Positions 30,505 through 40,157 of a stretch of DNA of 64,000 nt are shown in pieces. The DNA lies in contig JAQBTH010000001.1 in the NCBI GenBank assembly GCA_027623425.1, positions 1,485-65,484 of the forward strand, in the 5' to 3' direction. A model generated the notes under the pieces. It made no database searches and had not been told where the DNA came from. It saw only the letters and a list, made by a program, of their open reading frames with translations. The DNA is from a bacterium. GTDB lineage: Bacteria; Margulisbacteria; Marinamargulisbacteria; UBA817; JAQBTH01. Position 1 is the stretch's first letter. Every line of letters begins with the position of its first letter. The translations under genes and the position numbers were made by a program.

Positions 30505-31001
30505 AGCTTTTCGTTTACAACAAAAACGCCGATCTACACTGTATCTCTGCAAAAGAAACCTTAATCCACACCATGGGCGTGTCGGATTTAAAACATTTAC
30601 AACGTTACACCATGTGGGAAATTGAATTCGAAAATAGCGCAAATAATAACGATACAATAACCACGCTACTCAATAAGAGTTATCTATTATCCAATCCAAA
30701 CAAACACCACCACAGCGTGGAAACCCCACCGAAAAACACGCCGAACTATTGGTACATCGAAGTAAAAAGCCAAGCCAAGGGCGAAGATATTGAAACCAAA
30801 AACGCCTTAAACAAAAGCTTCAATGCCAAGATTAAAACGCTAACACAATCAATCGTGTGGGAAATAGAGCTTACCTCACCAGACCACAACACTGAGCACT
30901 TTATCAGCACAAAACTCGCGCTAACAACAAACAAAGAAAATGGACTACTCGTGAATCCACTTTATGAAACCGCTCGTATAGTGAAGGCAAATGACCTTTA
31001 A
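30501..31001 (+). CDS. Hypothetical protein (166 aa); possibly a divergent tandem PurS-like protein given its position after purQ
   Basis: Two internally similar halves; similarity to PurS is weak. Confidence 0.4.
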   Translation: MKLFVYNKNADLHCISAKETLIHTMGVSDLKHLQRYTMWEIEFENSANNNDTITTLLNKSYLLSNPNKHHHSVETPPKNTPNYWYIEVKSQAKGEDIETKNALNKSFNAKIKTLTQSIVWEIELTSPDHNTEHFISTKLALTTNKENGLLVNPLYETARIVKANDL

Positions 31002-31878
31002 GCCTGACTTAAGTGTCCTAATTGTAAATTGGAATGGCGCACAGTTTCTAAAAGGCTGCCTAGACAGTCTATTAAATCAAACGTGGCGCCACACAATAGA
31101 AATCATTCTCATTGATAACCAAAGTAGCGATGACAGCTTACGTATTTTAGCCCCCTACAACGACAAGATCACGCTAATTGCGCACAACGAAAATGCAGGG
31201 TTTGCAAGAGGAAACAATCTTTGTTTGCCCCACGCAACAGGCAAGTACCTGTTATTGCTCAATAACGACACCATAGTCAAACCTGGTGCGTTAGACACAC
31301 TGCTCGATTTTTTTGAGGCCACGCCCGATTGTGGCGCCCTCTCGCCACAATTATTGAATGCCGATGGCAGCATTCAAACCCAAGGCTCCGCCTTGGGCGC
31401 GTGGCGCTTCAAATCCAAAACCCCGCGTACCCTACCCTTTATTTGCGGCGCCGCATTAATAACCACGCGGGAGTTTTACACGTCCATTGGCGGGCTAGAT
31501 GAAAACCTGTTCTTCTATAACGAAGACATCGATTTTTGCACACAAGTAAAAAAAAGCGGAAAAAAAGTCTATTACCTTCCCAGTGCGCAAATCACTCACT
31601 TTGGCGGCGGCTCTACAAAATTTAGAAAAGTCGGCGCGATTTATGACGGCACACGAGGCAGCCTGTACCTAAGTTGGAAATCCTACCCAATAATGGTGCA
31701 TTACCTATTTAGAGTTCTAGTTCTCATCGATGCACTCATACGCACATTGGTATTTGCCATACTCGGCGCGTGCCATCAAAAAGCCCGGCCATATTTACAC
31801 ACTTATCTGCGGATCATTAGAATGATTTTTAATGGTGAGTTCAAACCACAGAAAGGCAACCATGCCACACAAAACTAA
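30991..31878 (+). CDS. Family 2 glycosyltransferase
   Basis: …LSVLIVNWNG…DNQSSDDS… GT2 N-terminal DxD-type motifs. Confidence 0.75.
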   Translation: MTFKPDLSVLIVNWNGAQFLKGCLDSLLNQTWRHTIEIILIDNQSSDDSLRILAPYNDKITLIAHNENAGFARGNNLCLPHATGKYLLLLNNDTIVKPGALDTLLDFFEATPDCGALSPQLLNADGSIQTQGSALGAWRFKSKTPRTLPFICGAALITTREFYTSIGGLDENLFFYNEDIDFCTQVKKSGKKVYYLPSAQITHFGGGSTKFRKVGAIYDGTRGSLYLSWKSYPIMVHYLFRVLVLIDALIRTLVFAILGACHQKARPYLHTYLRIIRMIFNGEFKPQKGNHATQN

Positions 31879-32527
31879 ACTAAAACTAGTGGCACTTCTT
31901 CTCACGGTGATGCCTGCCACCCATACTATGGCCGCAATACACCATGTGCCAGACGCATTAGTGGCCGAACAACAGGTATTTGAACAGCGGCTTGCCGAGA
32001 ACTACAACGCGGAAAACTTATTCGAACTGGCCATGATTTACGCGATGAGCGGATGGATCGAATTGGGATGGGACACCTTAAAACAAATTCCAGATTATGA
32101 TGAAGACTACCATAAAACAGTCTTATCAAAATACGGTGCACTAATCCAGAAAAACCCAAAGGTTTGGCAATACCATTTCAAAATCGCATTTGGGCATTAT
32201 TTCGATAAGAATAAAGTCGAAGCGCAAAACTCATTTCAACGCGCCCTTGAATTAGCCCCAAAAAACCCATGGATCATGGGGCTACTCGGCTTAGTCGTTG
32301 GTGAACAAAAAGACTATGAACGCACCATCAAATTAGCAAAAAAAGCCCTCAAAATAGAACCCGATGGTGCCGCACTTCACTTTCTATTGGGGTTAGCCTA
32401 CAAAGAAACTGGGCAGTATTTCGGCATGATTGGACAGGCGACACAGGTAGCGCGATTAAAATCTGCAGAAGCAAAATACCGCCCCGTACCGCCACAAGAC
32501 CCTAAAAAGAAAAGCCACGATAAATGA
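31862..32527 (+). CDS. Secreted TPR-repeat protein
   Basis: Signal peptide MPHKTKLKLVALLLTVMPATHTMAA (ATG at 31862); TPR-like …ALELAPKNPW…LAYKETGQY… repeats. Confidence 0.6.
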   Translation: MPHKTKLKLVALLLTVMPATHTMAAIHHVPDALVAEQQVFEQRLAENYNAENLFELAMIYAMSGWIELGWDTLKQIPDYDEDYHKTVLSKYGALIQKNPKVWQYHFKIAFGHYFDKNKVEAQNSFQRALELAPKNPWIMGLLGLVVGEQKDYERTIKLAKKALKIEPDGAALHFLLGLAYKETGQYFGMIGQATQVARLKSAEAKYRPVPPQDPKKKSHDK

Positions 32528-33093
32528 AAATAAAATCACTCATTTTAAATAAAATGGTACTTACCTACGCGCTTATCTTATCTGGATTTACAGCCTTACT
32601 TTTATTTGTGGTGCACCCACCCAATATTGTGGATTTGAAAATAACGCCCTTTAACAAACCCGATTACAGCTTTCAAAATGTCACTATCTCACTAATTGAA
32701 GATGGAAATCCAACCTGGGAAATTGATGCTCAGTACGCCGCCATCGACAAGAAAAAAGCACTGACAACCCTGCAAACAGTAACCGGAAATATATTTTCAA
32801 ACGACTCCAAAAAAGTATTTCATTTCACATCACCTGTAAGCACCTACCATCTTAATAAACAGGAAATGAAAATTAACCTACCAGAAACCATTATTTATGC
32901 AGCGCAAGACCCCATTTACCTGTCATGCGACACGATCACCTGGTCACCACAAAAAAACACACTTGAGGGCGTTGGAAACATCATAACAAGATACAAAAAC
33001 ACCGTGATGAAAAGCCGGAAGTTTTCAGCCGAACTCCCCATAAAAAATATCGCCTTTTCTGGCAAAGCGTCGATGACAATTAACCTAGATTAA
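32524..33093 (+). CDS. LptC-like membrane-anchored protein (putative LPS export)
   Basis: 189 aa, N-terminal TM anchor followed by a beta-rich domain; weak similarity. Confidence 0.4.
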   Translation: MKIKSLILNKMVLTYALILSGFTALLLFVVHPPNIVDLKITPFNKPDYSFQNVTISLIEDGNPTWEIDAQYAAIDKKKALTTLQTVTGNIFSNDSKKVFHFTSPVSTYHLNKQEMKINLPETIIYAAQDPIYLSCDTITWSPQKNTLEGVGNIITRYKNTVMKSRKFSAELPIKNIAFSGKASMTINLD

Positions 33094-33286
33094 TTAGCAA
33101 CTACGACAAAAGCAGTGAGTTTACACCCACTGCGATTATCATTAACAAAAAGCCTGCCCTTAAACTTTCATACTAAATTTATCGATCAGAACATAAAATT
33201 CTTAAAGTCGCTAAATTTCTAATGTCCACACCTCTTGGTACCCATCAGTTGCAGCATTAAAACCACCCATCACCCAAATTTTGCCC

Positions 33287-34487
33287 TCAAACGAGGCACA
33301 AGACATCATCGATCGGCCAACCCACTGGGGAACCCGTCACTTGTAACTGCGTCCACGTGGCCCCATCAGAGGAATACCATACGTCAGGATGATACACATC
33401 TTCGGGGGTATTTTCTTCTCCACCAATCATCCAAATTTTACCCTCATGCACTAAGGTACAATGGGAACTACGTTCAGACCAGATGTCTCCGGTTATAGGC
33501 ACAACGTTCCAGTTTGCGCCATCCGACGTATTCCACACATCATTGGCCGAATTACCATCACCCAAATACCCACCAATAATCCACATTTTATTATTAAATA
33601 CAATCGCATCCATATATGCTCGGCGAGACCAATGATGCACAGACTGCTCTATTTCAGACCAATTCGTACCATCTGTGGAGCTAAACACATCATAATCATA
33701 GTCACCAAAATCTTCATCTGCACCACCCATAATCCATAACTTATCTTTAAATACCGCCGATGCCGCATAATTCCGTGATGTAAAACCCGCATTATCCGTT
33801 GCCTGAACCCAAGTAATACCATCTTCGCTATACCACACATCGTTTAATTTATTATCCGCAGCATCATCGCCTGCAAATAACCACAATTTGTCATTAAATA
33901 CCTGCAACTCAAAATCATCGCGTTTTGAAAAATTAGCCGAAGACGTTAGCTCCGTCCAAGTCGTACCATCAGTTTTATAGACATCGTTATACAACGCAGA
34001 TTCATCCCCTTGACCGCCCACGATATAAAGTTCATTATTGAACACCGCGGCAGCAAACCCTTGCCGTCCCGCCCAAGGTGGTGTTGTTTCTTGCTTCCAT
34101 TGTGCAGACGTCACGTTCGCTACAAAAGTTGTGGTTATGGTCTCATCCAATATAGCCGTCGCCGTAATGGTCACAGAACCTGTCGCAATACCACTAATTA
34201 CACCAGACCCACTTATAGAGGCCAATGCAGAATCATCTAAGGAGTATGTAACCGCTTGTTGAAGCACCGGCAGGTAAAGCCGAAACACTCAACGAACGCC
34301 CCAAACCAATAAATACATTTTGTGTACTTGCAGAAACGGAAATACTAGTTGGCGGAGTTAATGAATCCGAACTACTGCTACTTGAATCATCGTTAGACGA
34401 GATAAGCGACCCACAACCTGTTACCACGCCTAAAACCAACATAATACATAAGACAATGCCTTGTTTTAATTTATTCAAAAACCCCAA
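33287..34487 (-). pseudogene. Kelch-like beta-propeller lipoprotein with an N-terminal Big_2-like domain, interrupted by a frameshift (pieces 34233-34487 and 33287-34288 overlap at 34233-34288)
   Basis: The upstream piece has lipobox VTGC plus the first half of the Big_2 domain; the downstream piece continues the Big_2 domain (…VTYSLDDSALASISGSGVISGIATGSVTITATA…) and then the Kelch repeats; a paralog is intact. Confidence 0.6.
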
Positions 34488-34595
34488 CTCCTTTGACCCT
34501 TAATAGATTGAGTTATCGGCAAAAATTATCATTTTCATTAACCTAAAATTACCGCCAATTGTCGAATAGTGGTTTCACTAGTATGCTTATGCGTG

Positions 34596-35357
34596 ATGAA
34601 GAAAATACAAAAAAAGAAAAAACATAATCCATACAAATTGAATTTAGGGCAGTTTATTGCCAGCCAAACGCCCATGGCACGGCGTAAAGTAATGGAATTA
34701 TTAACAAGTGGCAGAATTTTAGTAAATGGCACCATCGCCACAGACATCACCACGCCCATCATACCCAATCGCGACATTGTAACCGTAGACGGTAAAGCGC
34801 TAAGCAGCGGACTAAACTTGGTCTATTACAAATTTTTCAAACCTGGCAACGTGATTTGTACCCTGCATGACCCCAAAGGGCGCCGTACCATCAAAGATTA
34901 TACCGACCGATTAACCGAATCCGTGTTCCCCGTTGGTCGCCTAGACCGACCAACTAAAGGCTTAATTCTACTAACAAACGACGGTGCTTTAGCCCATCGC
35001 ATCCTACACCCGTCTCACGAACTCACAAAAGTCTATGAGGTTCAAATTGACCTACCCATTAGCAAAGACCATCTCGCTCGTCTTACGTCAGGCTTCTTTC
35101 TAGATGACGGGCCTGTGATTTTTCAAAAGGTCGTTTCTCACACACGCACAGAACTCACTGTAACCATTACCGAGGGCCGAAATCGCATCATTAGACGTGC
35201 ATTTGCCTTCTTTGGTTATGATGTAAAAAAATTGGTACGCACCCACATTGGCCCAATTACCCTTGAAGGTGTAAAAGAAGGCCGAATCGAACCCCTCACC
35301 AAAAAAGAATTAGAAGCGCTAGATGTGTTAATAACACAACCTGGATCACGCTACTAA
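34596..35357 (+). CDS. RsuA/RluB-family rRNA pseudouridine synthase
   Basis: S4-like N-terminus, PVGRLD catalytic motif, …HPSHELTKVYEV… region. Confidence 0.8.
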   Translation: MKKIQKKKKHNPYKLNLGQFIASQTPMARRKVMELLTSGRILVNGTIATDITTPIIPNRDIVTVDGKALSSGLNLVYYKFFKPGNVICTLHDPKGRRTIKDYTDRLTESVFPVGRLDRPTKGLILLTNDGALAHRILHPSHELTKVYEVQIDLPISKDHLARLTSGFFLDDGPVIFQKVVSHTRTELTVTITEGRNRIIRRAFAFFGYDVKKLVRTHIGPITLEGVKEGRIEPLTKKELEALDVLITQPGSRY

Positions 35358-35506
35358 CGAGCACCGCGACGTGAGAGGGGGAGGCTCCAGTTAGGGCCCT
35401 TGCCCGCTGGAGGGGGCGACGCTAGCCCCATATATTAGAAGCGCTAGATGTGTTAATAACACAACCTGGATCACGCTACTAACGAGCACCGCGACGTGAG
35501 AGGGGG
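35309..35506. repeat. Perfect 73-bp direct duplication (35309-35381 and 35434-35506) of the 3' end of the pseudouridine-synthase gene, separated by a 52-bp spacer containing palindromes (AGGGCCCT; CTCCAG…CTGGAG)
   Basis: Both copies read ATTAGAAGCGCTAGATGTGTTAATAACACAACCTGGATCACGCTACTAACGAGCACCGCGACGTGAGAGGGGG. Confidence 0.8.
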
Positions 35507-35563
35507 CTTAAGCTCTCACCTTGCTCATGCGTGTAAATAATGATACTCTACCTCCGTTGTATT

Positions 35564-35640
35564 GGCGGCGTAGCTCAGTTGGTTAGAGCACACGGCTCAT
35601 ACCCGTGGCGTCACTGGTTCAAATCCAGTCGCCGCTACCA
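35564..35640 (+). tRNA. tRNA-Met (CAT), elongator-like
   Basis: GGCGGCG acceptor (G1:U72), anticodon stem-loop CACGG-CTCATAC-CCGTG, TTCAAAT T-loop, encoded CCA. Confidence 0.85.
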
Positions 35641-35664
35641 ACGACCACACAATTTAAGGGATTT

Positions 35665-38427
35665 ATGCTAAAACGACTACTTTCTTTACCACTATTATTT
35701 GCAGCTCTATTCATTGGCTTAAATGTAACGGTGCGATTATACCCGGAATGGCTATGGTTTAAATCCATGAATTACCAGGAACTCTGGTGGTTCGTTATTC
35801 AAAGCAAATTAACCACAATGCTCGTGTTTTCAAGCATTGCCTATGTGTTCATCAAAACCAATGTGTGGATAGCGCGAACCATATCAGAACGCACGCTTTC
35901 CCGCGGTGAACCTTTAAATTTCAAACCTCCGTTTGATTTTCTAAACCAATTGCATCGCGATTTCATGAATGCAAAACCCAAAAGCGGTTTCTTAGCCCTT
36001 TCCAAAAAAGCATATTCCTACTTAGTTGAGATCGGTTTAGTGGTATTGTCCCTACTATTAGGATTAATTGCCAAGAACTGGTGGCAAGATCTGTATATGG
36101 CTATAAATGCCACACCATTTGGAATCGCCGACCCTGTTTTTGGAAATGATGTGTCTTTCTATGTATTCCAATTACCCCTTTTAAATAACGTACAAACCTG
36201 GATTGGCTTGTTGTTTATGGCAACTGTTCTCGCCGTGTCCTGGGTCTATTTCAGCAAAAACATACTGGCATATCTATTCAGCAACGTACGCAATATCGGC
36301 ATTAAATTACACCTATTCTCATTGGTCTCTCTACTCATTGTTGGCGTTGCAATTGGATTTCAAATCAAAATATATGGGCTACTATATTCATCCGATGGCG
36401 CAGTATTTGGTGCCGCATACACCGACATACATGCCACTAAATTAGCCTACCGATTTATGCAAATCGCCTTGTTGGCGCAAGCTATCGTCCTGCTCATTTG
36501 GGGATTTAGAAGCAAATTACGCATTCCAGCGGCAGGCTTCGCCTTTATTTTCACAGGGTGGGTTCTGTTGGGAGTTCTATACCCTGGCATGGTTCAAAGC
36601 TACATCGTATCGCCGAATGAAATTGAAAAAGAACGCCAATACATTGAACGCAACATCAAATACACCCAAATTGCTTATGGCCTAGACCGCATTAAAGTCG
36701 TAGATTACCCCGCTAAAACAAATTTGTCTGCACAAAGCCTGAAAGACAACCAAGACATATTAGATAATATCCGGCTGTGGAACCCAGAACCGCTAAAACA
36801 AACCTTTAAACAACTTCAAGAAATTCGTCTGTACTACGAGTTTACAAATATGGACGTGGACCGTTACGTTATCAACAATTCATTACAGCAAGTCATGCTA
36901 AGTGCGAGAGAACTAGACATTAGCCAAATCACCGAGCAAGCGCAAACATGGGTTAATCAGCGCCTCATTTACACACACGGTTACGGGGCAGTTATGTCGC
37001 CCGTACATAAAATCACACCCGAAGGCCTTCCTTACTTTTACATTAAAGATTTACCACCAATCAGCAGTATTAACGTTCAAATTACACGCCCTGGTATCTA
37101 CTTTGGCGAAGTAAACAATAATTACGTCATTACAAATAGCAAACAACCCGAGTTCGACTACCCAAAGGGAAGCACGAATGAACACACTCGCTATACAGGA
37201 AAAGGGGGCATCAAACTTGATTCGTTCTTCAAACGGGTCCTTTTCGCATTTAAATTCTCTGAAATCAAACTGATTATCAGCCGCTACATTACCAATGACT
37301 CTAAAATATTATTTGACCGACAAATAAATCGCATATCAAAAAAGATTGCCCCGTTCCTAATCTACGATCAAGATCCTTACCTTGTGATTACCGACGAGGG
37401 TGAAATGGTATGGATGCAAGACGCGTACACAATCTCTCGCATGTTCCCCTATTCCGAACCCTACGAAAACTCACGTGTAAACTATATTCGCAACGCCATC
37501 GTGCTAACAATTGATGCCTATGATGGCACCACAAACTTCTATTTAAAAGACCCAACAGATCCGATTGCACAAACATTAAGTAAAGTGTATCCAGGCCTAA
37601 TTAAACCGTTTAGTACCATGCCAGCCACACTGCAAAATCACATTCGTTACCCAAAAGATTTATTCACCATACAATCAGTCATGTATAGCACCTACCACAT
37701 GACTGACCCACAGGTATTTTACAACCGAGAAGACCTTTGGGAATTACCAAAAGAAATTTACGGCGAGCAAGAGCAAGTCATGAAACCCTACTATATCGTG
37801 CTAAAACACCCTGATGATTCAGAAGCCAGCTTTTCGGTCATGTTACCATTTACGCCTACCCATAAAAACAACATGATTGCATGGTTAAACGCTAAATCCG
37901 ATCTAAAGAATTATGGTGAACTCACTATCTACAAAATTCCAAAAGAACGCACCATTCTAGGGCCAACACAAATTGAATCGCGCATCGACCAAGACACCAC
38001 GATTTCCCAAAGCCTAACACTGTGGGGCCAAATGGGCTCTCGGGTTATCCGTGGGAATTTAATGGTTGTTCCAATCGATGGCACATTAATTTATGCCGAA
38101 CCTATTTATCTACAAGCCACGCAAAGCAAACTCCCTGAACTTAAACGGGTTATTTTAGCCTACAATGATCGCGTTGTGATGGAATCATCTTTAGCACTTG
38201 CTCTAGATGCCTTACATTCTGGCAGACCATCTCAAGGACAAACAGATACCCGCTCGCAGGTCATAAAGCCCGGTGAAACACTTAACAAACTCATACAACA
38301 ATTAATTCAAGAAAACGCGGCACTCAAACGGCATCGCCAATCTGGAAATTGGAATGAGTTTGGAAACAGCCTTAATAATATTGACAAACTCGTTCTTGAT
38401 ATACAAAAATATCAAACACCGAACTAG
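35665..38427 (+). CDS. UPF0182-family large polytopic membrane protein
   Basis: ~920 aa; N-terminal third has multiple TM helices, large C-terminal soluble region; the track GTG start at 35605 overlaps tRNA-Met, so ATG 35665 is preferred. Confidence 0.7.
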   Translation: MLKRLLSLPLLFAALFIGLNVTVRLYPEWLWFKSMNYQELWWFVIQSKLTTMLVFSSIAYVFIKTNVWIARTISERTLSRGEPLNFKPPFDFLNQLHRDFMNAKPKSGFLALSKKAYSYLVEIGLVVLSLLLGLIAKNWWQDLYMAINATPFGIADPVFGNDVSFYVFQLPLLNNVQTWIGLLFMATVLAVSWVYFSKNILAYLFSNVRNIGIKLHLFSLVSLLIVGVAIGFQIKIYGLLYSSDGAVFGAAYTDIHATKLAYRFMQIALLAQAIVLLIWGFRSKLRIPAAGFAFIFTGWVLLGVLYPGMVQSYIVSPNEIEKERQYIERNIKYTQIAYGLDRIKVVDYPAKTNLSAQSLKDNQDILDNIRLWNPEPLKQTFKQLQEIRLYYEFTNMDVDRYVINNSLQQVMLSARELDISQITEQAQTWVNQRLIYTHGYGAVMSPVHKITPEGLPYFYIKDLPPISSINVQITRPGIYFGEVNNNYVITNSKQPEFDYPKGSTNEHTRYTGKGGIKLDSFFKRVLFAFKFSEIKLIISRYITNDSKILFDRQINRISKKIAPFLIYDQDPYLVITDEGEMVWMQDAYTISRMFPYSEPYENSRVNYIRNAIVLTIDAYDGTTNFYLKDPTDPIAQTLSKVYPGLIKPFSTMPATLQNHIRYPKDLFTIQSVMYSTYHMTDPQVFYNREDLWELPKEIYGEQEQVMKPYYIVLKHPDDSEASFSVMLPFTPTHKNNMIAWLNAKSDLKNYGELTIYKIPKERTILGPTQIESRIDQDTTISQSLTLWGQMGSRVIRGNLMVVPIDGTLIYAEPIYLQATQSKLPELKRVILAYNDRVVMESSLALALDALHSGRPSQGQTDTRSQVIKPGETLNKLIQQLIQENAALKRHRQSGNWNEFGNSLNNIDKLVLDIQKYQTPN

Positions 38428-38445
38428 ATTTGGAAGGACGACACA

Positions 38446-38643
38446 ATGGCCAGCTATACCTATAAATGTAAATCCTATGAACATGAATTCACAACGGAAC
38501 AATCCATGAACGATGCCCCTTTAACCGAGTGCCCGGAATGCAAAGGCGACATTTTTCGAAAGATTGGCAAAAATGTCGGAATCTCTTTCGTAGGCAGTGG
38601 GTTCTACGTAAATGACACCAAAGGAAGCCCTAGCGAATCGTAA
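38446..38643 (+). CDS. FmdB-family zinc-ribbon protein
   Basis: 65 aa, YKCKSYEHEF…CPECKG: CxxC…CxxC ribbon typical of FmdB. Confidence 0.7.
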   Translation: MASYTYKCKSYEHEFTTEQSMNDAPLTECPECKGDIFRKIGKNVGISFVGSGFYVNDTKGSPSES

Positions 38644-38755
38644 CGACTCGCCATCACAGCCATTCATACCTAAGGATTAGATAAGTGACCAGAGCTCAAA
38701 TAGTGCAGATCACCAACATAGTGCCAAGCCATACAAAGATGATATAATACCCCCT

Positions 38756-40015
38756 ATGATTAACATTTGCATCTACGAGGACAGTATTTTTAATCAGCTC
38801 CTACCGCTGACATTCTCCCGTCCCGCATACGACCTTTTACTAGGTACCGAACGATTAACCGACAAGGTCACCTACTACTATCCCAAGTCAAACATCACAC
38901 TGCATTGCCGCGATTATTTAGGGAAGCTCGTCAAAACAACCTATCCAAAATACGCCGTAAATATCATAAATACCGGTGCGCCTTGCCTCTTTTTAAATGG
39001 CCGAGTCACCGTAAACTCAAGGCTAGTTGAACGGATCGCCAAAGAAGAAAAAGACCGTGACTTACTACTCACTCACCGGGGCCAAGTCGTGGCCCTTTAC
39101 CTATCGGGTGAAAAAATGAGTGACATGAAAGAACGGCTCGAAAAAATTCCAGATAACAAATCACTAATTGAACATTTTCGCCCCATCTGCTTAACCCAAG
39201 AAATAGAAGACGTCACCATTATCTCAAACGTATGGGACTTAATTAATCACAATTCCGAAATCATCAGAAACGATTTCAATCGGTTTGGGAAACGGGGCAT
39301 TATTAAAGGCGACGTAAAACCATTAACCGCATTTTACAATGAAAATAACATTTATGTGGAAAAAGGCGCTGAAATAGAAGACTTTGTGGTCTTGGATGCC
39401 ACCCATGGTCCTATTTTCATTGATAAAGGGGCCAAAATTGAAGCACATTCCCGTTTACATGGGCCACTCTACATCGGAAAAAACTCCACTATTCTAGGCG
39501 GAAAGATTCGAAATTGCACCATCGGACCAAACTGCAAAATTGGTGGCGAAGTAAATAGCTCCATATTTTATGGGTATTCCAACAAATCACACGATGGTTT
39601 CATTGGGCATTCGTATATTGGTGAATGGGTAAACATGGGCGCACTTACCACAAATTCCAATCTAAAAAACAACTATAAGCCAGTCAAAATCATCCAAGGC
39701 GCAAACAACATACAATCTCCCAACCAATTCCTTGGTGCAATTGTAGGTGACCACGTTAAAACTGGCATCGGCACACTACTAAACACGGGTTCGATAATTG
39801 GCTACGGTTCCAGCATATGCGGCGCCGCACTACACAGTCGGTATATACCGCCATTTAGCTGGGGAACATCTGGCCGTTACACATTACATGCCTTAGATAA
39901 ATTCTTTGATACGGCAGAAATCATGATGAACCGACGCAAAATCGAATTACACCCTGACCATAAAACAGTCATCGAACTGCTTCACGATTCGGCAAAAAGC
40001 GCTCACCAGAATTAA
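38756..40015 (+). CDS. GlmU/GlgC-like protein: degenerate N-terminal nucleotidyltransferase-like domain (no G-rich loop) plus a C-terminal left-handed beta-helix acetyltransferase-like domain
   Basis: Hexapeptide repeats (…IGKNSTILGGKIRNCTIGPNCKIGGEV…), then …TNSNLKNNYKPVKIIQG… resembling the GlmU acetyltransferase NYDG…K…IGD region. Confidence 0.6.
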   Translation: MINICIYEDSIFNQLLPLTFSRPAYDLLLGTERLTDKVTYYYPKSNITLHCRDYLGKLVKTTYPKYAVNIINTGAPCLFLNGRVTVNSRLVERIAKEEKDRDLLLTHRGQVVALYLSGEKMSDMKERLEKIPDNKSLIEHFRPICLTQEIEDVTIISNVWDLINHNSEIIRNDFNRFGKRGIIKGDVKPLTAFYNENNIYVEKGAEIEDFVVLDATHGPIFIDKGAKIEAHSRLHGPLYIGKNSTILGGKIRNCTIGPNCKIGGEVNSSIFYGYSNKSHDGFIGHSYIGEWVNMGALTTNSNLKNNYKPVKIIQGANNIQSPNQFLGAIVGDHVKTGIGTLLNTGSIIGYGSSICGAALHSRYIPPFSWGTSGRYTLHALDKFFDTAEIMMNRRKIELHPDHKTVIELLHDSAKSAHQN

Positions 40016-40157
40016 GCTTTTTAGCACAACTATTCCGTAAGTCCGTAAAAATTCGGCCCCCTCCTGTTATTTATAAACAACCATAAAATAATGTAAATTT
40101 TGTTTCACTACTACAAAATTAGGGAATAAAACCCATACATTAACAAGGAGTAAGATA

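Noticed and set aside
35605-35664. GTG start of the UPF0182 ORF at 35605
   Set aside because: It overlaps the 3' half of tRNA-Met (35564-35640); the in-frame ATG at 35665 was chosen instead.
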